From contig MU008155.1 of NCBI GenBank assembly GCA_010909165.1, forward strand, positions 496,001 to 560,000: a stretch of DNA of 64,000 nt. The letters are read 5' to 3'. Each line of letters starts with the position of its first letter. Within the stretch, counting starts at the first letter, position 1. This document shows positions 60,260-64,000 of this stretch, one piece after another. A model generated the notes under the pieces. The model had not been told where the DNA came from. It saw only the letters and a list, made by a program, of their open reading frames with translations, and searched no databases. A program made the position numbers and the translations under genes. The stretch comes from Anthoceros angustus. Lineage: Eukaryota; Plantae; Anthocerotophyta.

Positions 60260-61640
60260 ATTATGTCTCATCCGTCCACACATCCAGGATACCTTTGGTT
60301 CACGGGCCACACGATGGTGTTCTGCTCGATTTTCTGCGAAATGCTATGGCTAGCAAGAAGTGGCAGTTCGCCAAACCCGATGACTTGCGAGTTTCAATTC
60401 TGTCTGTCCGTAATCTTGCGGTGGGCCTCCGCCTCACTGCTGTCAAAGGCCGCTCTAGGCAAGCTTACCACTTCCAAGACAGTGAGTCCCTGCCATCTTT
60501 GTGGTTGCCACACAATGAAAGCTTATGACGGTCCCGGGGTTGATATCGTGTTCTTCGTAACGATGCCCAAGGCTCGGCTTGTCCAAATCTGTTGACGGCA
60601 CGTGGGAAACCTATACGAGGCGGTGAGCTTGGAAGCCAACCGACATGGTGGCAGTCACTCTTTTTAACGTGCCAGGGCATAGCAAGGGAATGTGACTCCT
60701 TGCTAGGAAGCCATCAGCGTGCTGTCCTCGATCTCCAATTTGTGCATCATCTCCTTCCTCTTTTCAAAGCCAGTACTCCAACAGTCGCATATGCCTGCAG
60801 GAGGCATACGAAATGTCACAGAATTGGAGGATTGGGTATAGCCATGCCTTCTTCTCGCATAGCACTGTAGGATGGAGAGCTTTCTGGCCCATGCCCAGCT
60901 GAGCATAACCTGTAATGAGTCCAGTCCAGGTCACAACGTCTTTCTTACCAAGTCTGTCCAACGAACTCTTAGCATCTCTAAGCTGCCGCACTTTGCCAAA
61001 TGGTTGGCTACAAACACATCAGCTTGGTGTCCTAGCTCCCTGACTTGCGCATGAAGCTGGTTCCCATTATCCAAGGCTGGGGTGCCATGTAATTGCACAC
61101 GCCTGCAGAGGCACACAAACTGCACGGAATCGGGGACAGCGATGCCTTACTCGTTCCATGGCCCAGTACAGATGAAGGCCTTCTCGCCCCATGCGCATCC
61201 TGTAAGTTGCCATACTTTGCATACAAGCCCTCCAAGCAGTTAACTACAAACCAAGACCCTTCTTCCATACACACTTCTTCAGTGAAGTAAAAGTGTGAGA
61301 CTGAGAAACAAACGAGTCTGTTTGCACTAAACGCCCAATGCCCCCACAGCCTCAGTGCGATGGCCGTCATCACACAGACTTGTCACGGTTTCACCTGTGA
61401 ACTTCAGGCATTTGCTGGGCTCCTGGCAGACGTGGTTGCAAGAGCTTCCGCCGAGCATATGGATGCAAGAGGCAACATGGCAGAAAGCCAACGAAGAACT
61501 TCATAGAAATCGAACGCAAAGCCTTAACACAACATGGGGCAGTGCAGCTGCTGATGAATTTCACAGAGCCAGGGAACCCACTGAGATCCTCTAGACTGCC
61601 ACACTTTGCATACATGTTCACCAGACTGTTGTCTGCGAAC
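60260..61640 (-). pseudogene. PLS-class pentatricopeptide repeat pseudogene, possibly with a decayed DYW domain
   Basis: FADNSLVNMYAKCGSLED, GLYAKYGNLQDA, GNQLHAQVRELGHQADVFVAN...KCGSL, KKDVVTWTGLITGYAQLGMGQKAL; weak GKLA..GL and ISQKIEQNTIV near 60280-60470; frameshifts and stops. Confidence 0.8.
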
Positions 61641-63662
61641 ACACCTGTAATCTATTAAATGCTGCAGCATCACAATGCACAGACGGAAGGCTTCGTAGCT
61701 CATTCTCTGCTGGGATATCCTGTTAATATGTCAGTTTAGGTCACCACCTCTCTTCTTACAGACAAACAAATCAGGCTCAAGCCCTCTGGGCAACCCATCA
61801 TCTGGTGCATATCTTGTAGCTGACCTGCAAGTTTTTCATTCACAGCGCTGAAGCAAGAGGATGCTAGCAGACCTGAACGGCCAAGGACCATTTCATTTTA
61901 CTGTGGACCATGCAGAAGGCCTTGCGTCTGCTAATTGACCACTTATTTGAGTGAAAGCTAATACGGAGAAAGAATGGGAGCAAGGACAGACCTTGTTCTG
62001 CCTCTCCCTATTTAGCTTACTTTAGCTTGCCTAGGAGCTTGCGTGGTTCTTGTAGGGTTTATATGCTAGGTAGGGAATCAGAGAATTTTAACCCCAGAAT
62101 GACAATGGATCTCGTTTCGAGACTTTGCCACCTTTTCCCATCTTCTTGGATAGAAAAAAATATATGACAACAAATCATGTTAATATATCTTTAGTGAAGG
62201 ATTCTGTTCTCCACATGAAGGATTCTGTTCTCCACATTATAGAAAAAAAATATAAAAGTTCTAAATCATTACCTCTAGTCCCAACGCGAAGAATGTTTAA
62301 AAAGCTCTTCAACCTTTCAAGAAACAGATGTCATTATTACGTGCATACTGATGGGATGCTCCATATTTTTGGTACGTTGGAAAGGTCTTGTCTTGGACTA
62401 TATGTCCTATTGTTTTCAGAAAAAATAGAATATTTTAACTATATATTTTTCAAAATATATTTTTTCAAAAACTAGGGACATAGTCAAAGAAAAGGCCTTT
62501 CTAACTCATTAAAAACTTGGACCGTCGGATGAGTAATAAGGAAATAATGGCTCCCATTTCATGAGGGGTTTGTGAGTTTTCTAAGAGATTCCTTTGCGTT
62601 TGGACAAGATATATATACGTAAAAAAATAATTATTTTTTGTAATTTAGAGGAAATAATTTCTCACAAAAAAAATATGAACATAAACTAACATCATACAAA
62701 AATTGTTCGCAATGTTAAAAAAACATTGTCAAAAGACTCGATTTGAGTGGTTTGGGTATCCTAGGGTAAATATAGTTTTGCTAAACAAGACCAAGTAAAG
62801 TCAATAGCCCGGATGGCCCGCCACCAATGCAGCTAGGTCCTAGGAGATTTTTTAATACTATTCAACCTAGGGTCTTGACAAACCTACCCAAAAGCTGATA
62901 CATGGTAAAGACTCCCGTTACTGTTCTATCCTTCAATATTTATACTCACTTCAGGTTTCACTTACCCCTCATATCGGCATACATATAGGCACATGGCAAG
63001 GGGGCATACGTACATTCACACACAGCAAGGGTCCTGGGCACAAACCATGGCAAAATCGCGATACAAGGGAGTGACAGTCTTGCACAAGATACTGGTAGTA
63101 GGTATTATTGGTCAGTCACAGAAGTAGATGCAATACTGGACAGTTGCTAGTGCGGTGAAGAGGTTGCTAGTGCGGTGAAGAGCCCCCTGCAAACGTCACG
63201 CTGTTAAACAATTTGGCATAGCAAGGAAGGCAAGGTAAGGATGCATCATTAGTGAGTTGTAGAAACTTGATGAAGCACAGAAAATCACACAAACACAACT
63301 TTGATGATGGAAGTGAGGTGATACATAGAGAAACCCGGCCTTAGTAATTGGCCGGGCTGCACTAGCTTTATACCTCCCGCCAGTCAAGCTAGCTACCTCC
63401 CTATCCTCTAACGTCTCTCTGTCATTGGCTACACATCCTTCTCCCTCCAAATATCTCGCCTCATCGGTGTCATGCCTAAACAAAATCCACGGGGACCAGC
63501 AATCTTGTAGACATTCGGTTTGAAATATGAACCCATGCGAGGGCTAGGCCATGTTAGGCTACATATCTTGGATTAATTAACAATAAATAATATAATAGTA
63601 ATAAATTTGGATAAAATAAGATAAAAATAAAAAGAGATAAATAAACTAAATAGTAGCTACCC

Positions 63663-64000
63663 TGTTAAGAAGCTGCTTGTAATTGGATGCTTTATGCAAT
63701 TTCCTTGTAGAGAGGAATTACTATAGCCACTTATGAAGTTCTGCCTAGAGAAGCCTCTCAATGATAATTGGTCTGCAAGAATTCACAAGGGTTAGCAACT
63801 ATAGCTGGGGCTAGCATATGGGATATTTAAGGGCTAGAGTAAGAGGGCTAAGAGGATAGTGCATTTGATTCTTTTCTATGCCTTGTGTTTTGAGATGTGG
63901 AGAGCTTAGCTAGGAGAGCTTGGTATTGAGTCAAGGGCAGGAGCGAGAAGGGCATATATAGCTAGATAGATTTATTGTGGATTATGTGAATAAAGAGTAG
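63663..64000 (+). mobile_element. Possible start of another LTR, cut by the window end
   Basis: Abrupt TGTTAAG start after an A-rich tract; TATATA at ~63955; AATAAA at ~63990. No second LTR is available to confirm. Confidence 0.3.

Noticed and set aside
1-64000. rRNA or tRNA genes
   Set aside because: No conserved rRNA blocks or cloverleaf seen; the only tRNA-related sequence is the PBS.

Overview
Eukaryotic plant genomic DNA. It is probably from a non-seed land plant; the short introns and decayed PLS/DYW-type PPR gene are Selaginella-like, but that is inference only. The window has three zones. (1) 139 to ~45.1 kb is GC-rich and is one giant TIR-bounded DNA transposon (TIR TATGGCATACCAAAG..., apparent 6-bp TSD CATAGG). 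It carries degenerate Mutator/MULE-type (SWIM) transposase genes on the minus strand, plus hairpin-bearing 300-bp and ~210-bp repeat arrays. A complete Ty3/gypsy LTR retrotransposon (10523-27637, minus strand, TSD CCATG) is nested in it, and its 3.7-kb LTRs contain an extra ORF. This zone has many 1-3 bp indels and at least seven two-copy tandem duplications with 4-9 bp junction microhomology, so part of the structure may be assembly artefact. (2) 48878-54238 (minus) is an intact 12-exon CASTOR/POLLUX/DMI1 nuclear cation channel gene. It has two notable features: a tandemly duplicated exon 8 that looks mutually exclusive (RCK1-RCK2 junction), and the ADAGNHA selectivity filter instead of ADSGNHA. 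(3) 55.5-64 kb is AT-rich intergenic DNA with a PPR pseudogene, a possible Harbinger remnant and a possible LTR start at the window end. No rRNA, tRNA or CRISPR was found.
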